This document shows, piece by piece, positions 43,317 to 56,900 of a stretch of 64,000 bases of DNA. Location: positions 3,962,360-4,026,359 of the forward strand of contig OX337231.1 of the NCBI GenBank assembly GCA_946965045.2, read 5' to 3'. The stretch comes from Epithemia pelagica. Taxonomy: Eukaryota > Protista > Bacillariophyta. Below the pieces are notes generated by a model. That model worked only from the letters and a program-made list of their open reading frames with translations, did not search any database and was not told the DNA's origin. Numbering within the stretch: the first letter of the stretch is position 1; each line of letters opens with the position of its first letter. The position numbers were made by a program, and so were the translations under genes.

Positions 43317-45837
43317 TAATATACTTGCCAAAACCAGTACGGATAGAAGCGGTGAGGAGAGGTCTTGACTCCTTGTTGGTACCCTCTGTGACGTCAACTT
43401 TGAGGACATGGGGCAACAGGCGGAACATGCGTTTCTCTTTATTTGATATCCACGCACATGCTATGAAAAAGTTTTGGTCTTCTTGTAGGGAAAGTGCTTC
43501 CATGTCTGCTGAGTACTCATGAACGACTTCTTTGCAAAAATCAGATAAATCAGTAACGTTCCTCGTACCATCCTCCATTTGATTTTCACTGAATACAAGA
43601 CCGGCCTCTTTCTCTACTTGTGCGTGCAATAATTTTTGTGGTCGTGCCCCCCATATACAGAAACTTATTCCAGGAGTTGATCGAAGCCAATCAACAACAG
43701 CTCCTGCTCTGATTTCGATCCCATCATAATGGTACTTGGAGTTTGATTCAAGAGAATGAAAAGCGTATCGTATCTGTTGTGGGGTAAGTGTCATATTGTG
43801 ATTCGCATGGAAGAAGTTTCTTCCAGCAGCAGGTCGTGTATTAGCTTTACCAAGCTCTGCTGCTCTTTTCTTCTGCTCAATTGTTAACATACGCAATTTA
43901 ATGGGGATGTCTTGCGGTGAACGTTTCATGTGGTTACAATGTTTCGTGGTCCCTGCATTTCTTTTCACATAAAATCCATGCAGGTCCACAAAGACATTGA
44001 ATCGGAAAGAACACGTATCTTTGTTGCAAAGTGGTCGATTGGTGACACACTTTCGTGGACCTCGTTTGCCATCTAATCCCCTACTGTTACCTCTATGGTC
44101 GTTGTGGAGAGAGGTATTCCGATGTTGCATATCTTCAGTCGAGGTACAACGTTTGCGTTTTTGATGATAACGACGGTATCGATCACACAGAAAGGTGCGC
44201 GAGGCAAAGGGAGCTTGACTGTCTTTTGGGAATGTTTTGCGTTTGGACAATGACGCATTGTGAGTATTTCCATTGGACGTCAGGGAAAATCCGGCATCCA
44301 CAGATGATTGATACAGATCAGTTCTCAACAAAGTAAAAGATTCCGATTCATCGAGAGATGCAGCTGGGTTTTGACATGGAGGATACTTTGTTCGACAGAA
44401 GTATGCATATTCCCCTGGGATGTGATCTGCTTCGGGAAGCCATCCAATGAATGCACATATATCAACATCGACGACACTCGTGTTGAATGCGCAATCATCT
44501 CCAACATGCATTGGAAAGGTCATTGAAGAAAACCATTCAAGTTCCAATGAATTGAAATACAGATCAAGCTGGCCTTGAAGTTGGTCATGCAGGGAAGGGT
44601 CGAAATTAGACATGGTGGAGCGAAGTAAAGGTGGAAAAGAAGGAAGCTTGACAGATTTCCAGCAATTTGCTTCGATAGAGAGAGCGGATGAGCATTGGTC
44701 CTAAACAAGAAACCAAATCCGAGGAAGCTGGACGCAAGCCGAGCTTGATGTAACGGTGTTGGAAATTAGAGATACTTAGAGCTACCTGGAGCAGTGGCGG
44801 GCGACATTGAAACAAGGATAGGGTTGGGGATTTGTCTGGCCGTCTCACCTATTTGGAGGGGATTTAATGGCGAATTAGTTTCTATAAGTAACTTATGGCG
44901 CCAGAGGAACCGGGAGGACACACCACACACCACACACCCACATTTACCGCGGAATCGCGCTAACTCTATTATTCATGCATAATACCTATAAGCTTGCGTC
45001 ATCAATCTCAACTCTCACCAATCACCACCAACAATATTGGCACACATCTGGCACCCACTCATTCTTCTACATCTTCATTGATTCGGATATTTTGACATGA
45101 TGGCCGCCATTCGTAGAGAGATTCCAATGACGGAGAAGAATCCGATGTTCCATCCGAACTACTGGACTATGGACTATTGGCCAAGCAAAACGAGCAGTTG
45201 GTGAATCCTGCTACCACCACCTAAAAGGTTTCTTTTGTGTCCGGCACAGTCAGTGACACTGAGCCCTCCAATGATCCTGCTACGGCGACAGGTCCAGCCT
45301 CCCAATGGAGAACGCATCCAACGGCTCCTCCTTCTCCTTGCCCTTTTTCGCCAATGTCACATTGGATTGGACACGACGCAAGCTTTGGCTAAAGCACAAC
45401 GATCCAGTGTCCGAATTCCACCGCTTCAGCAGCTAGAATATCATTCAGAGCGACAAGCACCACCCCCACCACCACAAGGAGCCAGTGCATCTTCCACCTC
45501 CAACCGAGATCCTCCGATCCTTCCAGCCTTTCAACCAGATTCCCCGTCCCTTTATTCAACAGCAACAGCTGATTCGGGTTTCAACGCACCTCCACCAGCA
45601 CGGCGGTCTCCTTCCGCATTGTCGAATCGAGAGGTGCTCCAGTTTCGCACGAGGAGCAGGGCCCACAAGGACTTGAACCATCCAAATTGGGAAATGCCGC
45701 TACATTACGATGCAGCAATACTACTTGGCCACGGCCACCCTTGTGTCCTGTGGGCTGTCTTCTCCAGCAACCAATTCTTCTGCCACTACCTTTACAGCAA
45801 CAAGTGTCAAGGCCCTCGTCATGTCAGGTTTGACGAC
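42577..45837. repeat. Near-identical 3261-bp duplication of 35705-38965 (offset 6872)
   Basis: Identical ORF translations at a constant offset. Only two substitutions noticed by eye. Breakpoints at ttgagcgg and gacgac. Confidence 0.96.
43207..44613 (-). pseudogene. MULE transposase, truncated (copy 2)
   Basis: Translation identical to 36335..37741. Confidence 0.82.
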
Positions 45838-46199
45838 GACAAGTTTTGGATTTTTGGTTAAGTGCTGCTTGGTTGGTGCTGTACGCACATGACCACCACC
45901 AAGTGGGTCAGAATTCGACCCAACAGACAAATACGAGCCCATTGAGGCGAATACAATCGACCAAAGTAGTCTCGCTGCTGCTGGAACTACGATCCATTCG
46001 TTGTTGTTGTCAGCCTCAGTCACATCCTTCTATTCTGGCCACGATCGAAACGTCCATCTTTCGTTCCTCCTGCTCCTTTTACTCGAGAACAACGGCAACG
46101 ACCCAACCCGAGTTGGCATCGTGAAACCTCCTTTGATTGATTGATTGATCGACCAAACAAACAAACAAACAAACGACGACAAGTGCACGAAAGAACGAA

Positions 46200-46768
46200 A
46201 CTATACCAATCTGATGAGGAGTCCAACGTCCAGAAACCCTACCATCTCCAAGACCCATGCTGTTCAGAATTCCAAGGTGGTCGGTTGGGCTGGCTACGAT
46301 CCCGACAAGGGTGCCATGGGCCTCTACCCCACAACAGTATCGACCGATTTGGCCTCTTTGTCCTTTGGTGGTGGTCAACGCAAGTGTGTCGGCGATCAAT
46401 TCACCATGATGGAAGCCACCGTCATCAGAATGTCCATGATTCTCAAACGCTTGGACTTTTTCTTTGCCATTGCACCGGAAGATGTCGGAATGAAAACGGT
46501 AGCCACAATTCACACCGTGAATGGACTCCTCATGAATGTGCTGCCAGCTGCGGCATCCAATTCCACCCAGGCAACAGCAGCAGCAGCGACGGAGGATGCC
46601 AATCCATCAACGACTGGTTGGTGGGAACTGCAACATTTGAAACGAGGATTCAGTGTCAGTGGACGAGACTTTGAAGATTTGACATCCCCAGGTGGTGGTG
46701 TTCCTCCCCGAAATGACGACGACAAGAAGGAGGATTCGACAGCGTCGGCGTGTCCAGCACACTTGTAA
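46200..46768 (+). pseudogene. CYP97: Cytochrome P450 CYP97-like C-terminal fragment
   Basis: Heme motif SFGGGQRKCVGDQFTMMEATV and ATIHTVNGL. The N-terminal ~80% of the enzyme is absent. Confidence 0.8.
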
Positions 46769-46987
46769 CACCGTGGCTGGCTGGTTGGCTAGCCACCCAC
46801 TACCCGTCACGACACCGACGGGTCCACCTGTACAGTACCACGTTTTCGACCACCATTAGACCACCAAGTTTCACTCGCGCACACCGGCTACCGGCACAGC
46901 GCGAGCGGCAGGGATATATCCTTTGCCCTACAACAACAACAACAACAGCAGCATCATGACCAACTGAGTCACGACGAAGGAGATTGG

Positions 46988-48008
46988 TTGCCTCATTTAG
47001 CCGACTCTGTATTGAAAGACCGTTTGGGTCTGCAAGACATTGCTCAAGTGACGGCCTTTTTGTTGCACAAATCCGATCATTGGTTGGCCATTCGGCAAGT
47101 GGCTGGACGCTTTTTTATTTTCAACTCCACCTTGGAAAGACCGGTTCCTATTTCTCATTTTGAATTAGGGACGCAAGTGTCGCAAGCCGCACAATCTGGA
47201 GCGACGGGTGAATATATTGTGTTTTGTGTGGCCGCTCCCTCGCAGTGGTTGCCCCCGCCACACATTGGAGACTATCCTCCTCCCACACCGTCGTCGTCTT
47301 CTATAGGAGGAGGTACGTGGCACAACATGGCAGATTTGCTCAAGGCGGCTCCACAGTTGCACAAAGATTTTTGCTCAAGGCGGCTCCACAGTTGCACAAC
47401 AATGCGCTACAGGCCTTTTCGTCGCAACACCAACTCGTGCAATCCTCCAGCAATCCGAATACTGCTACGACATCGAACAAACCTCAAGTCAATCCTTGAA
47501 CCAAAGTCACGGGCACAGGGCGTCGTCTGGACGGCAAGTCCACAGTGCCATCCTCCTCCTCCTCCTCCTCCTCCTCCATGAATATGGCCATTGAAGGATT
47601 GACTGAAGAAGAGCAACTGCAATTAGCAATGCAATTGTCTTCGCAACCACCAGAACCGGTCCAAACGAGTAGCAGCCAAACCGAACTTGTCAATGTGTTC
47701 CGGAGGAACCACTGATCGGAGCTCCAGACACTTGTCGAATTCAGTTCCGCTTCATGGGCCAGACCAGCAGCCAAAAGTCACCCGTTCTCGTCCGTCGTTT
47801 TCCCAACAGTGCACTAGTCCAAGTCTTGTATCTGCTCTGTCATGAGCACTATCTGGATGGTCGCAACGATGGTATGGACGTGGAATTGCGAGCGGCAGCC
47901 TCCTTTCCACCCCGAAATTTGGATTCCTTGAGGAACCAAACCTTGCATGAAGCAAGCTTGATACAAGGAGAAACGATTCAGGTACGCATAATCTCAAAAG
48001 GATCCTAG
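46988..48008 (+). pseudogene. Ataxin-3-like Josephin-UIM-UBX gene, 5'-truncated and frameshifted
   Basis: Josephin DHWLAIRQVAGRFFIFNS, UIM EGLTEEEQLQLAMQLS (about 47595-47642) and UBX-like RFPN...ASFPPRNL lie in different frames. Catalytic Cys region missing. Internal duplication of about 35 bp at 47332-47399. Confidence 0.72.
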
Positions 48009-49101
48009 AACAGATCAGCAAGGGACAGATGAGCTAAGAGACTTAGGACAGGATAGGTGTTGTGGTCGATCGATTGCTGACGGCAACAACTGTTTGACCC
48101 GCCAACAAACTCTGCAATCTATTCTTCTTCTTCTTCTTGGTCGTTGTCGTCACAGACAGTGGTCCAGCAGAGGAACCGAAGAATGTGGTGCTTTGTTGGT
48201 GTTGTTGCTGTTGTTGTTTGAGTAGCAGTAGCAGCTATTAGTTTTTCGGTTGTACACTGCGTTCCATACAGAACACGACCTGACACGGGGGTGCTTTCGT
48301 GTTTTCCAAAGAGTACCAGACTTGATGAAAGAGTACGATGGTGGAGGGAGACATTCGAACCGACCTTCTGTGTGTCCAAAGAGTAGCCAAACCTTCAAGT
48401 ACTTAGGAAATCCTCCACCTATGCCCCAGTCGTGGTCAACGGACCCAACGGCGCGCGGCGCACCGCCAGAGACGCCGGCTGTTCCTTCGTTGTTGCGGCC
48501 CATCCTCACGATATCGATAGATGTGTGATGTTCATGGTCGATCCATACACACCTCGTCGTATCTTAAAGCATCGACGCCTCTGCCCTGTAAAACACAAGT
48601 GCTGGTTGGCCTGGAATCCATCATTTCATAGATTCAGTTGACCGAATATTCCAAACGTATACATCCTCCACACTCGACATGCCATTGTACGGTCAAGACT
48701 CTGCTTCGTTTCGCCATGTCCTCTTCTTCTGTTTTGGATCACTTTGATCTGTCGATTGTTTCTTTCGCACCAGCTCTGGCGGATCCAAACTATGAGTATG
48801 TACGTGAGGTTTTAAAAAAAGAGGCCGAGTTTGTGGGAACTCCAACAATCCCCCGATCCAACGACCACCCATGTGTCCCTCCCCGACAGATTGTATTGCC
48901 AGGCATTGCATGCATCAACGGTTGGCACCATTGCGCAACGCGAACGCATTCGAACAAAATGGTGAGACAAAGTTCCAACTCGGAAAAAGACGGATCATTG
49001 GATTCGTTGGATGATGATTGACTTGAAGCAAAAGTATTGGTGGTCTTCGTGTCGGCAGTTTCTTGCTCCTTCTCTGCAAAAGAATGCGCTGCTACCCGAT
49101 C

Positions 49102-50548
49102 ATGGCTCAACTCAAGAGAATTGCAAAATTGTTGTTGGAGACGACAAATGACTCGTTTATGGCCAATGGTTCCCAAGGATCCTTGTTATCGCGACTGACC
49201 GTGGCGGCCTTGCGTCTCAACAATCATGCAATCGCCACGGACGCCATTTCCCATCGTCAAAATCAGTTTCGCAATGACATGAATCCTCTGGAAAGTTGTG
49301 CGATTGTACGAAATCTATTGCGCGCTGGAAATGGGACTGAGGCGTACCAAATCCTCGAGGAGGAATTGTCGTTGCCCATGATATCAACCAACGAGGACGA
49401 AAAGGCTGAAGCACAATGCAATTTGTTAAAATCTCGAGCCCAAGCCCTGGCATCCATTGCCTCGTGGCATTTTTTCGGGGGAGAACCTCGAGCTGCAGTG
49501 TATGCGTGTCGTATAATGTGTGCCATGGGACCTGCTGTGCGTCAGGCAAAGATTTCGGGGTCGGAACTGGGAGTGCCCTTTTTGCGTCTCTTACAAGGCG
49601 CCAGTCAATGTCAATCCAAGATTCGTACGGGAGAAATAGTCAAAGAGTCTTTCCTTGGCCCCAACAGCGAAAAAGTGAGCAAACTCCAAGTTCCCTGTAA
49701 CGTAGTGTATGCCGTTTTGGATGTCATGATGACTTTACCTTCGGAAAATGACGACCGCGTCTACGAGGTACTTTCGAATGCCTTGGTACGCCGCGTTCTG
49801 TTTGTGACGGGGGCAGTCAACATGGATGGTTGTCCTCCACCCGATCGAGGGGAAGCGGCCTTTATCGGAAGAAGCAATGTGGGCAAGAGTAGCTTGGTCA
49901 ATGCCGTGACGAACCGCAAAGCACTGGCCTATACTAGCAAACGACCCGGCAAGACACAACAGTTCAACTTTTTTGCCGTCAATGACAAGGTCGGTAGAGA
50001 ACAAGAAATCAAATACGGCGACATGGTGCATGGAAGCAAGGATGCAGATTCGTTCTATATGGTGGACGTAAGTGAAATTGTTGTTTCGTGGACATCTGGA
50101 AAGAGTCTGATTGCGCGCTCGTTCTCACACGTGCTGCTTCTACCAGCTTCCCGGATTTGGCTACGCCAGGGTACCAGAGAAACAACGCCAAGAATGGTCC
50201 TCCTTTATGCAAGAATACATTGCAACTCGCCCAACCCTACGAGTCTTGTTTCACTTGATTGATAGTAGGCATGGTCCAACTGAAGAGGATGCCGCTATTA
50301 TGAAGCAAGTCGAGGAAAACATTCCTCCCACAGCCAAATATGTAATTGTCGTAACAAAGGCGGATAAGAATAGCAAAGGAGCACCGGGAAACTATTCTGG
50401 AAAGGTATCCAACGATGTCATGAACAAGCTGCGCCAGGTAATGGGAGAAACGTTACAGCATGATGTTCCTGTTGTTTTGACATCGGCGGAAAGCAAGCTC
50501 GGCAGAGATAAAATGTGGAGCTATCTTCGCCGTGCTGCCATTTCCTAA
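49102..50548 (+). CDS. engB: EngB/YihA/YsxC GTPase lacking its native N-terminus; intron 50068-50146
   Basis: G1 GRSNVGKSSLVN, G2 PGKTQQFNFF, G3 MVD|LPGFGY across a GTAAGT...CAG 79-nt intron, G4 TKADK, G5 LTSAESKLGR. The spliced frame is intact from ATG 49102. Confidence 0.85.
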
Positions 50549-50576
50549 ACTGTAGCGCACGGTTCTCTTAAGTCTA

Positions 50577-51800
50577 TCAACTGGTTTCGGTCCCTTGTTT
50601 CCCCGACGACATGACCCAATCCGGCATGCGATTCAGTTTCCAATGACTCAGATCGACCTTGTTCCGTTCGGCCAGGGCAAGCACTTTCAAAAACAGCAGT
50701 GTTGCCGGTTCGGCATTGGAACCAATTTCTTCGCAGAAAATGTTCAAAACAATCTCATAGGCGTGATGTGACGGTGGATCATCGATATCGTACAGCATTT
50801 CGACCTTCGAACCTCGGTGGCATTCATTAACAGGGAAGTGGTAAGACTGTCCATTTTTACCAAGAGATCCCATGCTTTCTTGGACCAATATAGTTCCTCT
50901 GGGGGCGTTTCTCCTTTTTGCTTAGCTTCTTGCCAATAAGCCCATAGGACACGTTTGTAGTCGGCTCCTTCTACTTGTACACCCAATCAGGGTTCGCAGC
51001 TCCAAGTGCGCCAGCCATGTCGTAAAGTGTTGTCCCACTTGCGGAGGAGAAATGAGGGTGAGCAGCGTCGTATGTTGCGAGGTGCTGGTTAATGACTCCG
51101 ACTTGGACATGGACGAATCCAGCAAGGCCATGACAAATTCCACGTCACTGACAGAGTTTCGATCGGATTTGGGTGTGTCGCGTAATAATGGCAGAGCAGA
51201 TGTTTGAACTGTTCAAGGTACCACCCAGACAGAGGAACTGGAGGACTTTTTCGGTTTGCGAGGCATCCAAAATGGTAAAGGTGGGATCTTGTTTGAGTGC
51301 AATGTCCAAGAGCTCGATAAAGCGTTCCGAAGCCTCTCGACAATATTCGGGCAAGGTGAATCCAATTCCTGCCGGAGTGGATTACGACGATGTGGTTGTT
51401 GAGCTTGGAGCAAACGGGCAAACGAAAAGAGCATGGGTCGCAACACGTTGAGAGTGGTGGATTGTCCCACTTTGGTATACTCGTGAATCGCCGTATCCGA
51501 TTTGGAGTTTTTCGGATTGTCGTCTGGTTTCGATTCAGAGTCTGCTTCTTCTTCTTTTTGTGCACGACCGGTCAAAAAGTTGACAATGCCCTGGACTGTT
51601 GTTTGCCAAAAACTGTTTGGTTTGCCCTGATCCTTGTCTTGTTCCGCATGAAGTTGCTCCAGGGATTGTGCCACCAGAGTGTTTTCCATGACTACCCTAC
51701 GATCGTGATGGATGCGGTGCAACCCTCGAAGAGCCGCCAGTGCCAAATCCAAGAGTTGCATTTGAGTTCGTCTCTGTTTTCGGTAGGTGGTTCGTCGTCA
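50577..51800 (-). pseudogene. Frameshifted fragments of an unknown gene; 51340-51800 duplicated at about 54200-54670
   Basis: Protein-like segments alternate between frames (ORFs 51213, 51145, 50744, 50577). Near-identical translation in 54111..54623. Confidence 0.55.
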
Positions 51801-52359
51801 AGGGAAAGCTTTGGTTTGGACGACACAGCCCCATCTCGCACAAAGGACTCGAATCATATGGTCCTCTCGACTGTGCACCACGGCACTCTTTTCAATGGCA
51901 ACTTGCGCCTTGCAAATCGCTTCGTCGAATGATTTGGAGGCACCATCAAAGTCACCTTGCTTCAGAAGCGCCCGACCATGTCGTGTTAAGAGTTTCACTT
52001 CGAGCGGTGGCCCCCATCTCTAGAGAAATGCTCTCCGTTTTTGGAAATGTGCTTAAGGCCATCACGGCAATCACAGGCCGACACTTCGAATAGACCCAAT
52101 CATTAACAGTGAGGCTGCTCGTTTCGGATGGAGAACTGCTAACAAATCTCCCAATTGGATACAAGCTGGGCTTTCGGATAGCATTCTAATACCATGGTAT
52201 AATGGCGAATTGAAGTCCCGTAGTCACCTTTCATGTAGCACCTTTCATGAAGCACCTTTCATGTAGCATCGACGAGCGTCTTCCTTGATTGCCGCAATGG
52301 AATTCTTCATCTCCATTCTTGCGACCGTGTCACGATGCCCCTCTGTTGTGGAACTGCAC

Positions 52360-53975
52360 CCGACGGTTGATTGTTGCGCTGAACTCCGTTGCCCTCGAGG
52401 AGCGTGTTGTTGCCGTAGAGGTGCGTGCAAGACTGCCCCGACGGTTGATTGTTGCGCTGTGTTAAACCGACCCCGCTGCCTCGCAGCTCCAGGGTCCGAT
52501 CGCCAATCAACACGAAACGCCAACAACACGCAACAATCCAACACGCACAAAAACAAACGACGAACGAAATACGATTGACCATGATGATGTGTGATTGTGA
52601 TTACTGTTACGAAAAGATGATCAGCTCCGAATGGGCTCAGTTAGTTGCTCCTTTTGTGGTTCTCATACTGTGTTACGGTGTCGCTGACGTCCTCGATGAG
52701 GCGAAACTAATAGTCCAACACCTGCTTCGGGTCATTTTCAGCAAGAAAAGTCGTACTAAAAGTAGCGAGCATACGGAGCTTCGACACGAACATGCGGAGC
52801 TTCGACAGCTTCGACACGACAAAGCTCAGCTTCAACACGACAAAGCTCAGCTTCAACAACAGCTGGCCATTGCCGAAGCAAAGCTTGCTGCGAAGAACTG
52901 CGAGAATGGTCGTCAGGAAGAAGAAAAGCTTGCCGGTCGTCAGGAAGATGGAGAGATCGAGATTCGCGATCGCGAGGAGGAGGTCGACGTCGACACTGTT
53001 GCTGTTCTGCCTTGCGAGTTCGACGCTGACTTGGACTTCCCTCCTCTCGCACTCGCAGAGGATCTCGAGGACGACGAGGAGACCCCTCCAGTCGACCGTC
53101 CTGAGCCTGAACCCGCGCTCATCCCCGACGACGACGACGATATCACTTTGGGGCACGACTCACCCCCTCGAAATCCTACCCCTTCTTCCATGGTCGCCAC
53201 CCCTCCTCCCCCCACCCCCACCCGAAAAGATACCTCGCCTCAAATCGATGAGAATGCCCCCCAAAGCGTGATCGAGAGTTCCTCCGGCCCCGAGGACTCG
53301 CCGCGTTTGGGCAGGATCCTTGTTGTTGCCTACTCCAAAAAGGGACGCCGAATGGTGCACGTTCGACGATCCGCTCGTCTTTTGTCCGCGGGTACGGGGT
53401 TCGGCTACTTGTAGTGGTGCTGTTGAAAAAAATCCAAAAAACCCAGAAAAAGAAAAAGAATAAAAAAAACAGAAAAAGAAAGAAAAATAACTTGTCGGTT
53501 GTCGGTTGCCAGTGGTACGTGCGCACGGTCGTGTCGGTAATGAATCTTTCCTACTCATCCTAACTCACTCTACCCCTTCTTCTGTTTCTACAGATTCCTA
53601 CTCCTAAATTCTACTTCAGCTGAGTCTATCTAGCTAGAGTCCTTGTCTTGTTGGTGTGTCGGTTGTCGGTGTTATCACAAAACCCTGGTGGCACGAGGAC
53701 TTTGTCCTTGTGTCATCAGGTATGGCGTATGGCATGGAGACTTCGGTCTCTGTGCCATTGGGGAAGAGTGCCATAGTTGCCCCTGGAGAATCCATTGATT
53801 CCTCCGGGCTTCCCTACCCGCTGTATTTGTGAATAACTTCCTACTCATACATCAGCTGAGTCTAGCTAGAGTCCTTGTCGGAGATGTCCTTGTTGGTGTG
53901 TCGGTTGCCATTGGGGAAGAGTGCCATAGTTGCCCCTGGAGAATCCATTGATTCCTCCGCTTCCCTACCCGCTGA
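52360..53975 (+). mobile_element. Unclassified repeated element, copy 2
   Basis: Homologous to 11488-12902. The 3' part has internal direct repeats (about 53615-53665 vs 53840-53905 and 53755-53822 vs 53906-53972). Confidence 0.55.
52580..53414 (+). CDS. TM/coiled-coil/RRSARL protein, paralog of 11742..12677
   Basis: Frame-preserving indels relative to copy 1 (extra HDKAQLQ heptad, extra GRQEEEKLA). ATG run at about 52581. Confidence 0.65.
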
Positions 53976-56900
53976 ATCCTAAAATGTTTCTATATAACAT
54001 GTAGCGGTAACAATAGCAAGTGGAACATTTGAACATGCACGACAACATTGCTGACTAGTGATTCCTAGGAGTACAGTCTCCAATCAGAGAGGATAAATGG
54101 TAATTGCTGTTTAAGTGGCTGGAGCTACTTCATGTGCTTCTTTGTGAGCTTTCTTGCCTTCCCTACACCAGCGCGACCCTTCTTTTTCCGAAACCTCTCG
54201 ACAATATTCTGGGCAAGGTGAATCCAATTCCTGTCGGAGTAGATTACGACGATGTGGTTGTTGAGCTTGGAGCAAACGGGCAAACGAAAAGAGCATGGGT
54301 CGCAACACGTTGAGAGTGGTGGATTGTCCCACTTTGGTATACTCGTGAATCGCCGTATCCGATTTGGAGTTTTTCGGATTGTCGTCTGGTTTCGATTCAG
54401 AGTCTGCTTCTTCTTCTTTTTGTGCACGACCGGTCAAAAAGTTGACAATGCCCTGGACTGTTGTTTGCCAAAAGCTGTTTGGTTTGCCCTGATCCTTGTC
54501 TTGTTCCGCATGAAGTTGCTCCAGGGATTGTGCCACCAGAGTGTTTTCCACGACTGCCCTGCGATCGTGATGGATGCGATGCAACCCTCGAAGAGCCGCC
54601 AGTGCCAAATCCAAGAGTTGCATTTGAGTTCGTCTCTGTTTTCGGTAGGTGGTTCGTCGTCAAGGGAAAGCTCCATCGTCGTGGATGGCAAAAGCGGTGG
54701 CAACAAGGGATGTTCATGTCCAATCATGAATGGAGGAGGATCTTGGTCGTCGTCATCGCCGTGGTAGACGTCGTCGTAGTCACTCATCTTGGTTTCTTCT
54801 TCTTCTGAGACGTTGTTGAGACAAGTTGGACTTGGAGGATGTTTGATGGAGTCCTGACGGTGGAACTGGAGGAGACGATCCAAACCACAAAGTCTTCCCC
54901 TTTAAGTTGAATGGTAATTGCTGTTTAAGTGGCTGAAGCTACTTCATGCGCTTCTTTGTGAGCTTTCTTGCCTTTCCTACACCAGAGCGACCCTTCTTTT
55001 TCCGGAAACTTGATGGTCCAAATCCATCATCCTATTCGTAGTCGATCTCCCTTGGCGTATTGTCCCTTTCTTATCTTTCTCTCTTTTTCAAAACACCACC
55101 ACCCTCAACTACGCTCTTTAGCACCTTCATACTTGGTTCTCGTTCATTCTGCGAAACCTTCTTGTTTCCAGTGGCACTCTTGTATTTTGGTTTCTTCCGA
55201 TTGGACAACACATCTTTTTGCGCTATGGTTCATCCTCTCTCATTGTGTCAAATCGCTCCATAGATGCAGTCGATCGTTGAGTGACCCAGAGAGGAGAAAC
55301 CGTGGAATCCTTGCCACGCTTCCTGGATGATATATCGGTCTACTCTTTTTTGTCGCCTGCAAGTCTACTGGGACGCCAGGTATGTGGACGGTGGAACCAT
55401 TGTCACGATCCATGGGTATTTGATTTCATGGAGCGACAAGTGGTGCCGCTTGCCAAGACTCTTGCACGTTCCGGATTGCGCATACCTTGTTCTGTGTGTT
55501 TCTCCATTCGGGCACGCTTTTCGCTTCGCGCTGCCGTTCCCATGGATCTGCATGAGAGGGATCCTCCTTGTTTTTGACCTCCACATAATTTGGCCATTCG
55601 TTGCTGTCGTCGTTTGCTGTTTGATATCCTCCAGGACGGAACATTCATGTTCCAGTGGCTTTGTCCCATACCGTTCGCGAGCGCTTTTTTTTGCAATGGA
55701 ATTCCTCTCTTTCGCGCCAACGTTTCCCAGTTCGTCTCGTTCTTTGCTTCGGGAGGAGGCTGGAATGACCAGTACGTTGCGTGAGAGTCTGACAAACTGG
55801 CCAAGAACACGAGGAACGCGACAATCGTCTGGCAGAGGCAGACGCACCATTGCCCCAGCGTCACTCGTTTCGTTGGGGAGTTGCCACACGGCCTCTACAA
55901 GAAACTGGGCACAACCACCATTGGAGGCGTTCTGGAGTAAACAAGCCTCGTCGACACGGTCAAAGTCGAACGCAGGGGTCCACGATGCTTTGAGTTTGCT
56001 GGTTTCGGGTCTTCGATGGACTTAAGATATCGACGAGGTGCGCAATCATGGCCAAACGTTTCTCCAATCCAAAAAGTGCCAAAGGTTCTCCGTTGGACGA
56101 CACGGCTGCCGAATTGGCGTTTCCATTGTCATTGGAGTTGCGCTTTCCGATTCACGTTCCTGTTGTGAATTTTCCGATGCACTGGAACTTTCTTGGTCGT
56201 CCTCGACGGCAAGGCCGTCTTGGCATTCTGAACCATCAATTCCTATAGTTCCTCCATATTGGTTGTCACAGCAGCAACCTTATGGGACACCAATTCTCCC
56301 GTGGCGAATTCCTGTGGAGAATGAATCCGTCTTGAGAAGGACAATTCCTTGCGCCATGATATTCGAGATTTTATAAAACAAACACACACACTCAAGTCCA
56401 ACGAACATGGAGTAGTCGACCAAACTGATGACTGTGGATCTTTTGAGCGAGAAAAAGATCTGAAGGATACTTGTGTTGAAAAGATACGTGTCTTGTCTAC
56501 AGTATGGGCTATTCTAGAGGAAAACCACAGAAACTACCTATACTATGTTGTCGTATCGTCGACCGATTCACGAGCGACCCACTTCTGTCGTTCGAACTTG
56601 CGCGCCCACGCGAGGCGGCCCGGTTCCCTCGCGAGCGCGAAATGTGCGACCAAAACTTGGTAGCAGCAGGAAACCCTCCAATTAGAAGGCATAGTGTAGT
56701 TGCCCTTTGGAATCCGCTCGATAAGGAGTACACCTCTGTGTGGTTGATTCACACTCAAGACTCAATCTATCCTAACTAGTTCTCTGACTTTGATACCGAC
56801 AGCAATGACGACTCGACGAGTTCGAGAAAGGACCGTTCTGCACAGGCGGTGGATTTGTGCCATAAGATTTCAAGTCGATTGGCGAGCTTGATAGGCCAGC

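Larger units (their letters stand above)
32450..45837. mobile_element. Rearranged composite Mutator-like element carrying primase-helicase, Ulp1-RING and TET/JBP-like cargo (boundaries inferred)
   Basis: Dense cluster of TE/virus-type genes, less low-complexity than the host flanks. The right junction to host DNA is at 45837; the left boundary is approximate. No TIR/TSD found. Confidence 0.6.

Noticed and set aside
32450-45837. Terminal inverted repeats and TSD for the MULE-like element
   Set aside because: No matching ends found by eye. The right end is a rearrangement junction, so boundaries remain inferred.
46211-46250. CTGATGA-GGA...TCC-A-GAAA hammerhead-like string
   Set aside because: Extra base before GAAA, no convincing stems I/III, and it lies in the CYP97 coding frame (NLMRSP).
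55281-55784. Possible phosphodiesterase C-terminal remnant (VFDFMERQVVPLAKTL)
   Set aside because: One short motif only; no metal-binding HD motifs could be recovered.
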